Source: Actinomycetota bacterium (lineage in GTDB: Bacteria > Actinomycetota > UBA4738 > HRBIN12). Taken from it: a stretch of 52,437 nt of DNA. This document shows positions 9,908 through 18,565 of the stretch, one piece after another. The first letter of the stretch is position 1, and the number at the start of each line of letters is the position of its first letter. The stretch spans positions 1 through 52,437 of the forward strand of contig JBDUBL010000005.1 of NCBI GenBank assembly GCA_040004125.1, given 5' to 3'. The position numbers and the translations under genes are program-made. The notes below the pieces were generated by a model. The model was not told the origin of the DNA. It saw only the letters and a list, made by a program, of their open reading frames with translations, and searched no databases.

Positions 9908-10794
9908 GTCGTCTCCGTTTCCGGCACACAGACGGTGATCGCTTGAGGCTTCACCTTGGTCTTGATGCGCCTGGTCATACCGCGCTCGCTGCCATCGATC
10001 TCATACGGCAGCGGCTCTTTCATGCGGATGTCGAAGGATTTGCCGGTGGCCGCTTGGATGAAGGGCGACTTCGCGGGGTCGCTCACCACCGAACGAGACA
10101 GGGTCCGGAGCCAATCCAGACCCGTCTCGGCGGTGATGACCCCGATGTCGAGGACACCGTCGTCCGGTTGCGCGTCGGGGAAGGCCGAGATGCCTCCGAT
10201 CACGTCTCCCACGTTGCCCACCAGCACACAGCTGGCTCGATCGTCGAACCATCGCTTCCCGTCGACCTCGATGCGCATGCGCACCGGGTCCCGTGAAAGG
10301 TTCTTCGAACCCGAGAAGACGTAGGCGAGTGAGCCGATCCGATCTTTCAACCCGCCGGCCTCAGCGTCGCGGATCATGAAGGCGTCCAGACCTGCCCCGG
10401 ACATCACACCGAAATGCTCGCCGTTGGTCTTGCCAAGATCGATCGTTCGTCGAGCGCCGTGCAACCCGACTCGAACGGCCTCCTCGAGGTCCTTTGGGAT
10501 GCCCATGTTGGTTGCGAAGAGATTGGCCGTACCCGCGGGAAGTATCGCGACCTGCACACCGCTGCCGGCCACGGCGTCCAATGCGCGCTGCACCGATCCG
10601 TCGCCACCCCACACGAAGAGGAGGTCGACCCCTTCGTCCCGCAGCCGGCGTGCCTCCTTGGGGATCTTCTTGGCCTTCATCACCTCGACCCACCTGGGGT
10701 CATCGAATCCATAGCTCGAAAGCGTCTGACGCAGGGCGGGCAGACCGCCATCGAAGGTCTTGGCCGAGTGTGCGAGTACGGCGATCGAGGTCAC
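9904..10794 (-). CDS. Diacylglycerol/lipid kinase family protein (YegS/DgkB-like)
   Basis: GGDGSV, PAGTANLFA, GAGLDA, IDG; GTG 10794 overlaps upstream stop. Confidence 0.9.
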   Translation of the reverse strand: MTSIAVLAHSAKTFDGGLPALRQTLSSYGFDDPRWVEVMKAKKIPKEARRLRDEGVDLLFVWGGDGSVQRALDAVAGSGVQVAILPAGTANLFATNMGIPKDLEEAVRVGLHGARRTIDLGKTNGEHFGVMSGAGLDAFMIRDAEAGGLKDRIGSLAYVFSGSKNLSRDPVRMRIEVDGKRWFDDRASCVLVGNVGDVIGGISAFPDAQPDDGVLDIGVITAETGLDWLRTLSRSVVSDPAKSPFIQAATGKSFDIRMKEPLPYEIDGSERGMTRRIKTKVKPQAITVCVPETETT

Positions 10795-11627
10795 ACCGAC
10801 ACCCCGGGTTCCATGGTGCTGGTCTCCGGCGAGGCTTCCGCGTGCTGTCGTACACGCGTAACGGTCGCCGCGGTGGTTACCCGCGTCACGATGACCGCGC
10901 AGACCAGGGCACCGAGCCCGAGGACGACGCTGCCGAGCACGTCGGTAGCGTGGTGCATGCCCCGATAGAGCCGTGACAGGGCCACGAATATCGGCACGAG
11001 CACGGCGAGGGCGCCGAACAGGAACCGCAACACGCGGGAATCGGTGAGTGTCCACACGATGATGGCCAGGCTCGCATACAGCACCAGCGCGGCAGCGGTG
11101 TGCCCCGACGGGAACGACGAGGTCGGCGGCGCGACGTCGAGCTGGGGCACCGCGGGCCGAGGCCGGCTGACGACGAACGCGGTCGCCAGAAATGCGCCGA
11201 CCTCGATCAGGAGGGCCGCGGCCAGGAAGCCGATAGCCAGCCAGTGACGGCGGAACGCCAGCACGATGCCCACGACGACGGCGATCCCGATCACGACGAA
11301 GGTGGACCCCATCATCGAACCGACGGCGGTGACCGAGTTCAGAGCGTCGGTTCGTTGGGCCACGAACCACGTAGCAACGGAGCGATCCCACGCGCCAACG
11401 CCGTCCTGCAGGAACTCGCTCACCAGCAGTAGACCGAGGCCGATGAGGATCGATGCCATCACGATCCAGCCCAGGAACGTGGTTGCAGCCCATGCGCTGA
11501 TGGGCCTGTGGAAATGCCGGGCGAATCGAGACGCTGGCCCCGCGGGCCGCGGCTCGAGGACGGATCCCGACACGGAGGGGGCATCCGACGCCCCGTCGTA
11601 CTCGCTGCGGTACTCGATGTTATCCAT
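10791..11627 (-). CDS. PAP2 family membrane phosphatase
   Basis: RPRP, SFPSGH, SRLYRGMHHATDV. Confidence 0.9.
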   Translation of the reverse strand: MDNIEYRSEYDGASDAPSVSGSVLEPRPAGPASRFARHFHRPISAWAATTFLGWIVMASILIGLGLLLVSEFLQDGVGAWDRSVATWFVAQRTDALNSVTAVGSMMGSTFVVIGIAVVVGIVLAFRRHWLAIGFLAAALLIEVGAFLATAFVVSRPRPAVPQLDVAPPTSSFPSGHTAAALVLYASLAIIVWTLTDSRVLRFLFGALAVLVPIFVALSRLYRGMHHATDVLGSVVLGLGALVCAVIVTRVTTAATVTRVRQHAEASPETSTMEPGVSV

Positions 11628-11635
11628 GGGTCTTC

Positions 11636-11663
11636 GTTTCCCTCTCGGCCCCCTCGGGTAAAC
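11636..11663. promoter_or_regulatory. Overlapping bidirectional SigB/SigF-type promoters
   Basis: + strand GTTT(11636)-N16-GGGTAA; - strand GTTT(11663)-N17-GGGAAA ending 9 nt before ATG 11627. Confidence 0.65.
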
Positions 11664-11689
11664 CCATGGCCTCACATTTCTGATCGGAG

Positions 11690-12616
11690 GTGGCTGTGGT
11701 CGTGTTGGTGGTGGTTGCGGCGGTGTGCCTCATCGCGGGCTCGCTCGCGGCGCTGGCCGTGCGCGCGGCGCCGCGTTCGGACCCCGCGCTGTCAGCGACG
11801 AAAGCGATCGGCGAGGGCCTCGGTCGACGCCGATCGATCCGGGGATTCCTCGACTCGAGGTTCGAGCGGGGCGTCGCGACCGGACTGGCGCTTACCCTCG
11901 GTCTCCTCGCCACGATCGGGGCGGGGATCGTGATCGGCCTCCTGGTCTACATGGTGCGCACCCAGTCGGGGCTGGTCCAAGTCGATCGGGCGGTGGCGAG
12001 CTGGAGCGATCCGCGGATGACGTCGACGTCCATCGCCGCCCTTCGTGTGGTGACGGCGTTCGCCGCGACCCCGACCATCGTCATCCTCGGCGTGCTTGCG
12101 GCGGCGTACTCGCTGTGGCGCTGGCACAGCCGCGCGATCCCGCTGTTCCTCACGATCGTGATCGTGGGCCAGCTCGTGCTCTCGGACCTGATCAAGGGTG
12201 CGGTGCAGCGCGCACGACCCGACCTGCGGCCGTTGGCCGGCTTCTCCGGCCCATCGTTTCCGAGCGGCCATACGACCGCGGCCGCAGCCACGTTCGTTGC
12301 CATCGCCATCGTGCTCGGACGAGATGGGACTCCGAGACGCCGTATGGTGCTGACGGGCGTGGCGGTCGGGCTCGCGGTGGCGGTCGCCTGCTCCCGGGTG
12401 TTCCTCGGCGTGCATTGGGTGTCGGACACGATCGGTGGGCTCGTCTTGGGATGGTCCTGGGTCGCGCTGTGCGCGATCGCGTTCGGTGGACGCGTGATGC
12501 GCTTTGCCGCACCCGCACAGGCCGCAGCAACAACCGCGGCCGAACCGGGTCCGAGGTTTGACGACACGGTCGCCGGGGCAGGGTTGAGTGCACAGCAACG
12601 AGAGGAGATCCCGTGA
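11690..12616 (+). CDS. PAP2 family membrane phosphatase
   Basis: KGAVQRARP, SFPSGH, SRVFLGVHWVSD; exact start uncertain. Confidence 0.88.
   Translation: MAVVVLVVVAAVCLIAGSLAALAVRAAPRSDPALSATKAIGEGLGRRRSIRGFLDSRFERGVATGLALTLGLLATIGAGIVIGLLVYMVRTQSGLVQVDRAVASWSDPRMTSTSIAALRVVTAFAATPTIVILGVLAAAYSLWRWHSRAIPLFLTIVIVGQLVLSDLIKGAVQRARPDLRPLAGFSGPSFPSGHTTAAAATFVAIAIVLGRDGTPRRRMVLTGVAVGLAVAVACSRVFLGVHWVSDTIGGLVLGWSWVALCAIAFGGRVMRFAAPAQAAATTAAEPGPRFDDTVAGAGLSAQQREEIP
12556..12581 (+). promoter_or_regulatory. Possible SigB/SigF-type promoter inside the PAP2 3' end
   Basis: GTTT-N16-GGGCAG upstream of the zinc-finger ORF. Confidence 0.35.
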
Positions 12617-12756
12617 CCGAGCGAACAGAGCAGCGCGGCGACGGCGAAGTCGGCACCTGCCACATCTGTGGCGTGACGTTCCCCACCCAGCAACAGCTTG
12701 TCGCCCATCTGATGGATGACCATGACGGGGAGATCCTGCCTGTCGACGAGCACTGA
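12613..12756 (+). CDS. 47-aa C2H2 zinc-finger microprotein
   Basis: Manual translation MTERTEQRGDGEVGTCHICGVTFPTQQQLVAHLMDDHDGEILPVDEH; RBS AGAGGAG; GTGA overlap with the PAP2 stop. Confidence 0.8.
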   Translation: MTERTEQRGDGEVGTCHICGVTFPTQQQLVAHLMDDHDGEILPVDEH

Positions 12757-12771
12757 CCCGAAAGGAAACGG

Positions 12772-13224
12772 ATGGACGCATTGCAGCTGCTCACCAAGGA
12801 TCACGATCACGTCAAGACGATGCTCGCGGAACTCGAGGACACCACGGAGCGGGCCATCAAGACCCGCGAGCAGGTCTTCACGAAGCTTCGAAGCGATCTC
12901 GAGATACACGAGACGATCGAGGAAGAGATCTTCTACCCGGCCCTCAAGGACCACCCCAAGACGCGCGATATCGCGCTGGAGGGTTACGAGGAGCATCACG
13001 TCGTCGACACCGTGATGGGCGAGATGTTCGAGCTCGAGGTCAGCGACGAGACCTGGACCGCCAAGTTCACCGTCATGAAGGAGAACCTCGAGCACCACAT
13101 CGAGGAGGAAGAGGACACGATGTTCGCCCAGGCTCGCCAGGTGTTCGAGCAGGAGGAACTCGACGCCCTCGGTGCCGCCATGGCCGAACGCAAGGAAGCG
13201 CTCATGGCGGCGTCGAACACGTAG
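12772..13224 (+). CDS. Hemerythrin/HHE cation-binding protein
   Basis: DHDHV, HETIEEEIFYP, EEHH, HHIEEEE; RBS AAAGGA. Confidence 0.92.
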   Translation: MDALQLLTKDHDHVKTMLAELEDTTERAIKTREQVFTKLRSDLEIHETIEEEIFYPALKDHPKTRDIALEGYEEHHVVDTVMGEMFELEVSDETWTAKFTVMKENLEHHIEEEEDTMFAQARQVFEQEELDALGAAMAERKEALMAASNT

Positions 13225-13282
13225 CCGACGCCGTCGCTTCGCCCCGCGGAATCGCGGAGGCTCCTCTGAGGCGGGACCGCCG

Positions 13283-13741
13283 ATGGGAACGATCAATCAA
13301 GACGCGAACACACCGGGCCGGCCCCGTCGTTTCGTGGGCCCGGCCGCCGGTGAAGCAGGCTTGGCGCGGTCGGTGCCGGCGGATCAGGACGAGATCAGGC
13401 CGCTCCGCGCCGAGATCGGCGAGTGGCTCGAGGGGATCGGCGCCGACGACGCAGCGAGGGACGGGGTCGTGTTGTGCGTTTGGGAGGCGCTCACGAACGC
13501 CGTCGAGCACGGCTCGCTCGCGGGGGACAAGGTCGATCTCAGCCTCACGGCGAGTCGCGACGGCTCCCTGGTTGCCGAGGTCGGTGACCAGGGGCGACTA
13601 CTCGAGCGCAAACCCGAGCCCCATCGCGGTCACGGTATGGTGCTGATGCGATCGCTGATGAACGACGTGGAGCTTGGGAACGACGACCTCGGCACGACCG
13701 TGCACATGCGCATGCTGCCCAAGACGACCGACGTCGCGTAA
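13283..13741 (+). CDS. Anti-sigma-factor-like ATP-binding protein (HATPase_c_2)
   Basis: EALTNAVEHG N-box, DQG, GHGMVLMRSLM, GTTVHM; start uncertain. Confidence 0.8.
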   Translation: MGTINQDANTPGRPRRFVGPAAGEAGLARSVPADQDEIRPLRAEIGEWLEGIGADDAARDGVVLCVWEALTNAVEHGSLAGDKVDLSLTASRDGSLVAEVGDQGRLLERKPEPHRGHGMVLMRSLMNDVELGNDDLGTTVHMRMLPKTTDVA

Positions 13742-13756
13742 GGACCGAACGCCCCC

Positions 13757-14599
13757 TCAGATCGGACTGCGAAAAGTGTCGCAGGCGGACGGATCCGCGG
13801 TGCGATAGCCGGTCAGGAACCACTGCTGTCGCTGCTCCGAGGACCCGTGGGTCCATGTTTCCGGGTTGACCTGGCCCTGATACTCCTGCTGGAGGCGATC
13901 GTCGCCCACGGCGGCGGCGGCGCTCAGCGCGTCGGCCACATCGCTTTCCGTGATGGCGGTCACGAACCCCGTCGCGACGGCGTTGGCCGCCCAGACGCCG
14001 GCGTAGCAATCCGCCTGAAGCTCGAGGCGAACGGAATCGCTCTGTGGCCCCTCACTGCTGCCCTGAACCCGATCAAGGGTGTTCATCAAGTCCTGTATGT
14101 GGTGCCCGTACTCATGGGCAAGGACGTAGGCCTGGGCAAGCGGCCCACCCTGCGCACCGTACTTCTGGGTGAGCTCCTGGAAGAACCCCAGGTCGAGGTA
14201 CACGTGCGCGTCGGCCGGGCAGTAGAACGGTCCCACCTGGGTGGTCGCGGGGCCGCACGCGCTCGAGGTGCGATCCGTAAACAACACCGTCTGTGCGCGT
14301 TGGTACCCACCGACCTGACCGCCCCAATATTCCTGGATGCTGTTGACGTACGCGACGACTCGGCAGTCCTCGCTCTGTCGCGTGTCCGCACCCGTCTGGC
14401 ATCCAGCGAGATCACCGCCCGGCGTCTGATCGCCGGGCTGACCTGCCGATCCTCCCGACCCCCCTTGGGTCAACAAGAGGATCACGGTGATGATCAAGCC
14501 GAGCACGCCACCGCCAACGGCGACGGGCGCGCCGGACGACATGCCGCGGCGATCCGAGATCTGAGACGGGTCGAGTCGGGCCCGCTTCCTGATGCGCAT
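13757..14599 (-). CDS. Neutral zinc metallopeptidase (YpfJ-like)
   Basis: GPFYCPAD, HEYGHH, ELQADCYAG, THGSSEQR; N-terminal TM. Confidence 0.92.
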   Translation of the reverse strand: MRIRKRARLDPSQISDRRGMSSGAPVAVGGGVLGLIITVILLLTQGGSGGSAGQPGDQTPGGDLAGCQTGADTRQSEDCRVVAYVNSIQEYWGGQVGGYQRAQTVLFTDRTSSACGPATTQVGPFYCPADAHVYLDLGFFQELTQKYGAQGGPLAQAYVLAHEYGHHIQDLMNTLDRVQGSSEGPQSDSVRLELQADCYAGVWAANAVATGFVTAITESDVADALSAAAAVGDDRLQQEYQGQVNPETWTHGSSEQRQQWFLTGYRTADPSACDTFRSPI

Positions 14600-14608
14600 C
14601 CCCCTGCC

Positions 14609-14633
14609 ATACCCCTTGTGCCCCCGAGGAAAC
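14609..14633 (-). promoter_or_regulatory. SigB/SigF-type promoter, likely leaderless
   Basis: GTTT-N15-GGGTAT ending 9 nt before ATG 14599. Confidence 0.7.
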
Positions 14634-14648
14634 CGCGTCGCGACCAAG

Positions 14649-14674
14649 GTTTGCCGCCCCTCCCAGAGGGGAAC
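14649..14674 (+). promoter_or_regulatory. SigB/SigF-type promoter
   Basis: GTTT-N16-GGGAAC, back-to-back with the previous promoter. Confidence 0.65.
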
Positions 14675-14700
14675 GCTCCGTTCATGGAGGTGGATGCCGT

Positions 14701-15024
14701 GTGGTGAAGTCCCTCTGGGCTTCGATCCAGGGTGACCCGGTCTTCATGCGACGGGTGAACGGATGGCTCACGATCTTTTGGCTGGTCATGATCCCGGTCT
14801 CGATCGCGACGCATTGGATCAGCAGCGTGACCTACGTCGCCGCGCTGTCATTGTGGGCGTTGGTGTCGGGACACTGGTCGGCATGGCAAGCGGCTCGCGT
14901 CGAGGTGAATCAACAGGAGGAGGCGAAGACGCGCGAGGACGAAGACCTGCCCGGGGAGATCGTCGAGCGCATCGTTTCCGAAACGGAGGTCAACGCCAAG
15001 GCGGGGCGCGCGCCTCGAGGGTGA
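14701..15024 (+). CDS. Small membrane protein (2 TM plus acidic tail)
   Basis: GGAGG upstream; Trp-rich hydrophobic segments. Confidence 0.75.
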   Translation: MVKSLWASIQGDPVFMRRVNGWLTIFWLVMIPVSIATHWISSVTYVAALSLWALVSGHWSAWQAARVEVNQQEEAKTREDEDLPGEIVERIVSETEVNAKAGRAPRG

Positions 15025-15033
15025 ATCCACCTT

Positions 15034-15059
15034 GTTTGGGCCGAATGGCCAGCGGGTAG
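15034..15059 (+). promoter_or_regulatory. SigB/SigF-type promoter, likely leaderless
   Basis: GTTT-N16-GGGTAG ending 9 nt before ATG 15069. Confidence 0.7.
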
Positions 15060-15068
15060 GCCGCCGGC

Positions 15069-16595
15069 ATGACCAGATATCTCTGCATCGACGACTCCCA
15101 CCGCCGCGACGGCAAGCGCGTGCCGGTGGACCTGACGGATAGCGTGCGACTCGAGCGATCCCTCGTGCCCAGGCCGAGCGTGTATCTGGCCGTGACCGAA
15201 GACCTGATCGAACACGCCATCTCGATGCCGGGGACGGCGGCCGATCGACGCGTCGGTATCGAGCGGTTTCTCACGGGCGAGTCCGAGCCGACGCCATTGC
15301 CCGTTGTGCTGGTATCGGAACGATCGACGGGTCGCCCCCGTGGACGATATGAATGGGACGACCTCCGGCGCGACCCGTCGCTGCTCGATCGCCTCGCGGC
15401 CGGTCCAGCGGGCGATCCGAGGGGCGCCCACGCGGCCGATGATGTCATCTTCCTAGGGGACGCCGTCCCGGAGACGGCTGGGGGGACCGACCTCCTCAGG
15501 AAGGTGCAGCCTCGCCTGCGGGTCATCCCTCAAGGAATCTTCGATCTGCACGAGCTCGCGGCGGCCATCGCGGTCGCCGGCAGCAGCGACGCGAGCATGA
15601 TCGATGCCATCCGTACGGCCCCGCACGCAACGGTGGGTGACGTCGTCGCAGAGACGCCGTGGCGCGTGATCGTTCCCTGCCCCGTGACGGAGACCGGCGA
15701 AGCCATGCACCTGGTCATGTTCACCGGCCTCGAGGGCCGCGAGCCGGTGGTCCTGTACGGCACGCCGGCCGCGGGGCTCGATGAATCGGTTGAGACGACC
15801 GCGCCAGGCGATCTCTTCCCCGCTGCCGAGCTGGCCCGCGCCGAACGTGGCGCGAGCCTTCTCGTGGCCTCGGAGCTGCTGATCGCGACGGCGATCCTCC
15901 TCGGCGCCTGGGCCTCGGGAGCGCTGGCGGTCGTCGCCCGGGAACACGCCGTATGGCTCGGTGTATCTCTCGTGCTCGGGATCTCGGCCGTGGCGTTCGG
16001 GTTGCTCCCGCAGTTCGCGACGCGCGATCCGGACACGAATCCGAACGATATCTTCGTGGCACGACGTAGCTACGCGGATCGGATCTCGATGTTCGGGTGG
16101 GCGTGCGCGATCTCCGCCGTGCTGTTCGGGCTATCGCTGGTCACTGGGATCGGCCCCGCGTTGGGTACCGACGCAGAACCCACTTCGAGTGCATCCGTGA
16201 CATTCCACACCGCGACGTCTCCCGTCCTCGCAACGATCCAGGTCGATGTCGCGAACGCGACCCCGGACGAAGCGATCGCGATCCTCGTCACCTCGTTCGC
16301 GAGCACCGACGCGCCCGGTGTCGGCGTCGCGCAGCTTTCGGAGCTTGCCACCGAAGTTGGGACGAGCGAGACGGTGCAGTCGCTTTCGATGCGACCTGGC
16401 GACGACTTCCTTGCCATCTCGGTCGGCACCGAACAGACAGCGGCGCCCAACTGCACGCCTTTGACGTCGCAAACAGCCGGGTGCACGGTTGTGGCGATCC
16501 CCGCGTCCGATGTGGCTGCGACGCCCGTCGGCTCCGGCAGCACCTCGGCACCCGTGGTGCCCTCAACGATGCCGTCGCCGGCCCCGACCCCCTGA
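15069..16595 (+). CDS. Hypothetical multi-domain membrane protein
   Basis: 508-aa ORF: soluble N-terminus, about 3 TM, Ser/Thr-rich C-terminal domain with a Cys pair and a Pro tail. Confidence 0.7.
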   Translation: MTRYLCIDDSHRRDGKRVPVDLTDSVRLERSLVPRPSVYLAVTEDLIEHAISMPGTAADRRVGIERFLTGESEPTPLPVVLVSERSTGRPRGRYEWDDLRRDPSLLDRLAAGPAGDPRGAHAADDVIFLGDAVPETAGGTDLLRKVQPRLRVIPQGIFDLHELAAAIAVAGSSDASMIDAIRTAPHATVGDVVAETPWRVIVPCPVTETGEAMHLVMFTGLEGREPVVLYGTPAAGLDESVETTAPGDLFPAAELARAERGASLLVASELLIATAILLGAWASGALAVVAREHAVWLGVSLVLGISAVAFGLLPQFATRDPDTNPNDIFVARRSYADRISMFGWACAISAVLFGLSLVTGIGPALGTDAEPTSSASVTFHTATSPVLATIQVDVANATPDEAIAILVTSFASTDAPGVGVAQLSELATEVGTSETVQSLSMRPGDDFLAISVGTEQTAAPNCTPLTSQTAGCTVVAIPASDVAATPVGSGSTSAPVVPSTMPSPAPTP

Positions 16596-16688
16596 CGGAA
16601 CGCGCACTTGATCGTTGTGGGACCAGTCACAGCAGTGAGCCGTCGTCGGGTGAGTGGGGCATCATCGCGAGCGGAGGGGGGTCGTTGC

Positions 16689-17774
16689 TTGAAGAGTTGG
16701 GAATGGGATCCGACCCTGTACGTCGGCAGCGCTCCGTATTACCTCGCAGGGCGACTTCCGTACTCTCCCCTTCTGGCGCAGACGCTCACGGATGCGCTGG
16801 GTCTCGATGGGAGCGGTCGTCTCCTTGATGTTGGTACCGGGCCGGGCATCATCCCGTGCGAGCTCTCTCCGATCTTCGAAGAGGTCGTGGGTATCGACGC
16901 CGACCAAGACATGGTGAGCGAGGCGGAGCAAGAGAGTCGACGTCGAGGCTGCACCAACGCCCGTTGGCGACACCTGCGCGCCGAACAGCTACCCGCAGGG
17001 CTTGGAACATTTCGGCTCGTCACGTTCGCTCAGTCGTTCCATTGGATGGACCGGGAACACGTCGCGAGCGCGGTTCGCGGCATGCTGGAACCAGCGCGCG
17101 GCAGCCTGGCCCTTCTCAGCGCCTGGACAGTGAGCGGAGTCGAGACCGATCAGCCACTGCCGCACCCCTCTCCCCCCAACGAAGCGATCACGCAGCTCGT
17201 TGACCGCTATCTCGGGTCCATTCGTCGGGCGGGGCAGGGGGTGCTGCCGGAAGGAACTCCTTCCGATGAAGAAGAAGTGCTGATGCAGGCGGGGTTCGCA
17301 AGGCCGCGAACGCTCACGGCAGCCGATGACCGTGTGATCACTCGCAGCGTCGATGACGTCATCGCCTCGGTCTATGCGGTCTCGCGCTCAGCGCCGCATC
17401 TGTTCGGCGATCAACTCGACCGGTTCGAAGGCGATCTGCGGGCGCTCCTGTCGAAGGCGTCTCCCGACGGCCTCTTCTCAGAGCAGACCGCAGAGAACAA
17501 GATTCGTATCTTCGACACAGACCGATCGTGTCATGTGACCGATTCGTTGGTTGCACCAAGCGATCGCACGGTGTTACGAGCTCAACGAATCGCCACCACG
17601 GCGCTCGAATCGTACAACACGAAGAGCCCAGGCCTCTCGGCCCGGGCTCCTCGCGCAGTGCGTGCTTCGCCGAATGCTCAGCGGTCGGTCGTGTGCCGCT
17701 TCACGGCGTCGACGCCTTCGTCGATCTTGTCCTTCGCCGTATCTGCAGCGCCTTTGACCGAGCCTCCGGCCTGA
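16689..17774 (+). CDS. Class I SAM-dependent methyltransferase with an apparent run-on C-terminus
   Basis: LLDVGTGPG, GIDAD, AQSFHWMD; TTG 16689 after GGAGGGG; the 3' end overlaps csbD. Confidence 0.8.
   Translation: MKSWEWDPTLYVGSAPYYLAGRLPYSPLLAQTLTDALGLDGSGRLLDVGTGPGIIPCELSPIFEEVVGIDADQDMVSEAEQESRRRGCTNARWRHLRAEQLPAGLGTFRLVTFAQSFHWMDREHVASAVRGMLEPARGSLALLSAWTVSGVETDQPLPHPSPPNEAITQLVDRYLGSIRRAGQGVLPEGTPSDEEEVLMQAGFARPRTLTAADDRVITRSVDDVIASVYAVSRSAPHLFGDQLDRFEGDLRALLSKASPDGLFSEQTAENKIRIFDTDRSCHVTDSLVAPSDRTVLRAQRIATTALESYNTKSPGLSARAPRAVRASPNAQRSVVCRFTASTPSSILSFAVSAAPLTEPPA
17624..17649 (-). terminator. Probable intrinsic terminator of csbD
   Basis: - strand GAGCCCGGGCC-GAGA-GGCCTGGGCTC then TTCGTGTTGT; G-U pair and GNRA loop work on the - strand. 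Confidence 0.65.
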
Positions 17775-17869
17775 TCCATCTTGCCCTCGCGCTCCAGGTC
17801 CTTGTCGTCCGTGAGGTCGCCGGCGGCTTCCTTGGCGTGACCCTTCGCCTTGTCCATCTTCTCGCCCAT
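17678..17869 (-). CDS. csbD: CsbD family general stress protein
   Basis: KAKGHAKEAAGDLTDDKDLEREGKMDQ signature; purine-rich RBS. Confidence 0.92.
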   Translation of the reverse strand: MGEKMDKAKGHAKEAAGDLTDDKDLEREGKMDQAGGSVKGAADTAKDKIDEGVDAVKRHTTDR

Positions 17870-17913
17870 CTAAGTTCCCCTTTCCTCGGTGGTCCGTGTG
17901 GTTGGCGTGAGGC

Positions 17914-17950
17914 CGGACGGACGTCGGAGAAGCGTTCCGCCGTCCGTCCG
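17914..17950. other. Strong hairpin upstream of csbD
   Basis: CGGACGGACG/CGTCCGTCCG 10-bp perfect arms with inner CGGA/TCCG pairing. Confidence 0.55.
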
Positions 17951-18016
17951 ACCCCCACGTGTCGGTGTCTTCATGCGTGAGATGCGTGTTTCGAGCCCTC
18001 CTCAAAAACCGGCTCG

Positions 18017-18565
18017 TCAAACATCCTTCGAATCAGCGCTCGGAGCCAGTTCCTTCTTCAGACGCTGCGCGGCATCGCTGGTTTCGGCGGTCACACGGCG
18101 CGCTCCCACGGCCGCGTCATCTCGCACCTGCGCCGCAGTGCCTTTCACGTCACCTGCGACGGTGCGGGCCGTGTCGACCGCCACATCGCGCACCTGCACG
18201 ACCGTTTGAGCGGCCTCGTCCTGCACGCCGCGTGCGGTGGTCATGACCCGCCCACGTACGTTTCGGACCCAGCCCGTCATCTGGTCGTAGCGCTCTCGGC
18301 CGGCGCGGGAGCCTAGGATGTATGCGCCGCCGCCGATCACGAGCAGGCGCAAGAAGCCATACCGGCGCTTGCCGCGTCCCGTATTTCCCATCGCGTCGGC
18401 CAGTGCGCGTCGGGCTTCCCGCTCCCGGTCGAGCTCGTCGTGCAGCGTTTCCACCTTGTGCTGCAGGCGACGACGTCGCCAATCCATGGATCGATCGCGC
18501 AGCGCGGCGCCCTCGTCGGCGATGCCTTCCCTGATCCCTGATGTCGCATCGAACATGTTTCGCAC
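18017..18565 (-). CDS. YtxH/LEA-like stress protein with 22-residue repeats
   Basis: GGAGG RBS; GGGAYILGSRAGRERYDQ membrane motif; three 22-mers. Confidence 0.75.
   Translation of the reverse strand: MRNMFDATSGIREGIADEGAALRDRSMDWRRRRLQHKVETLHDELDREREARRALADAMGNTGRGKRRYGFLRLLVIGGGAYILGSRAGRERYDQMTGWVRNVRGRVMTTARGVQDEAAQTVVQVRDVAVDTARTVAGDVKGTAAQVRDDAAVGARRVTAETSDAAQRLKKELAPSADSKDV

Noticed and set aside
8955-11493. Long N-terminal extensions on cls (to 9233) and the lipid kinase (to 11493)
   Set aside because: They overlap real upstream genes in other frames; 4-nt coupled starts give normal-sized proteins
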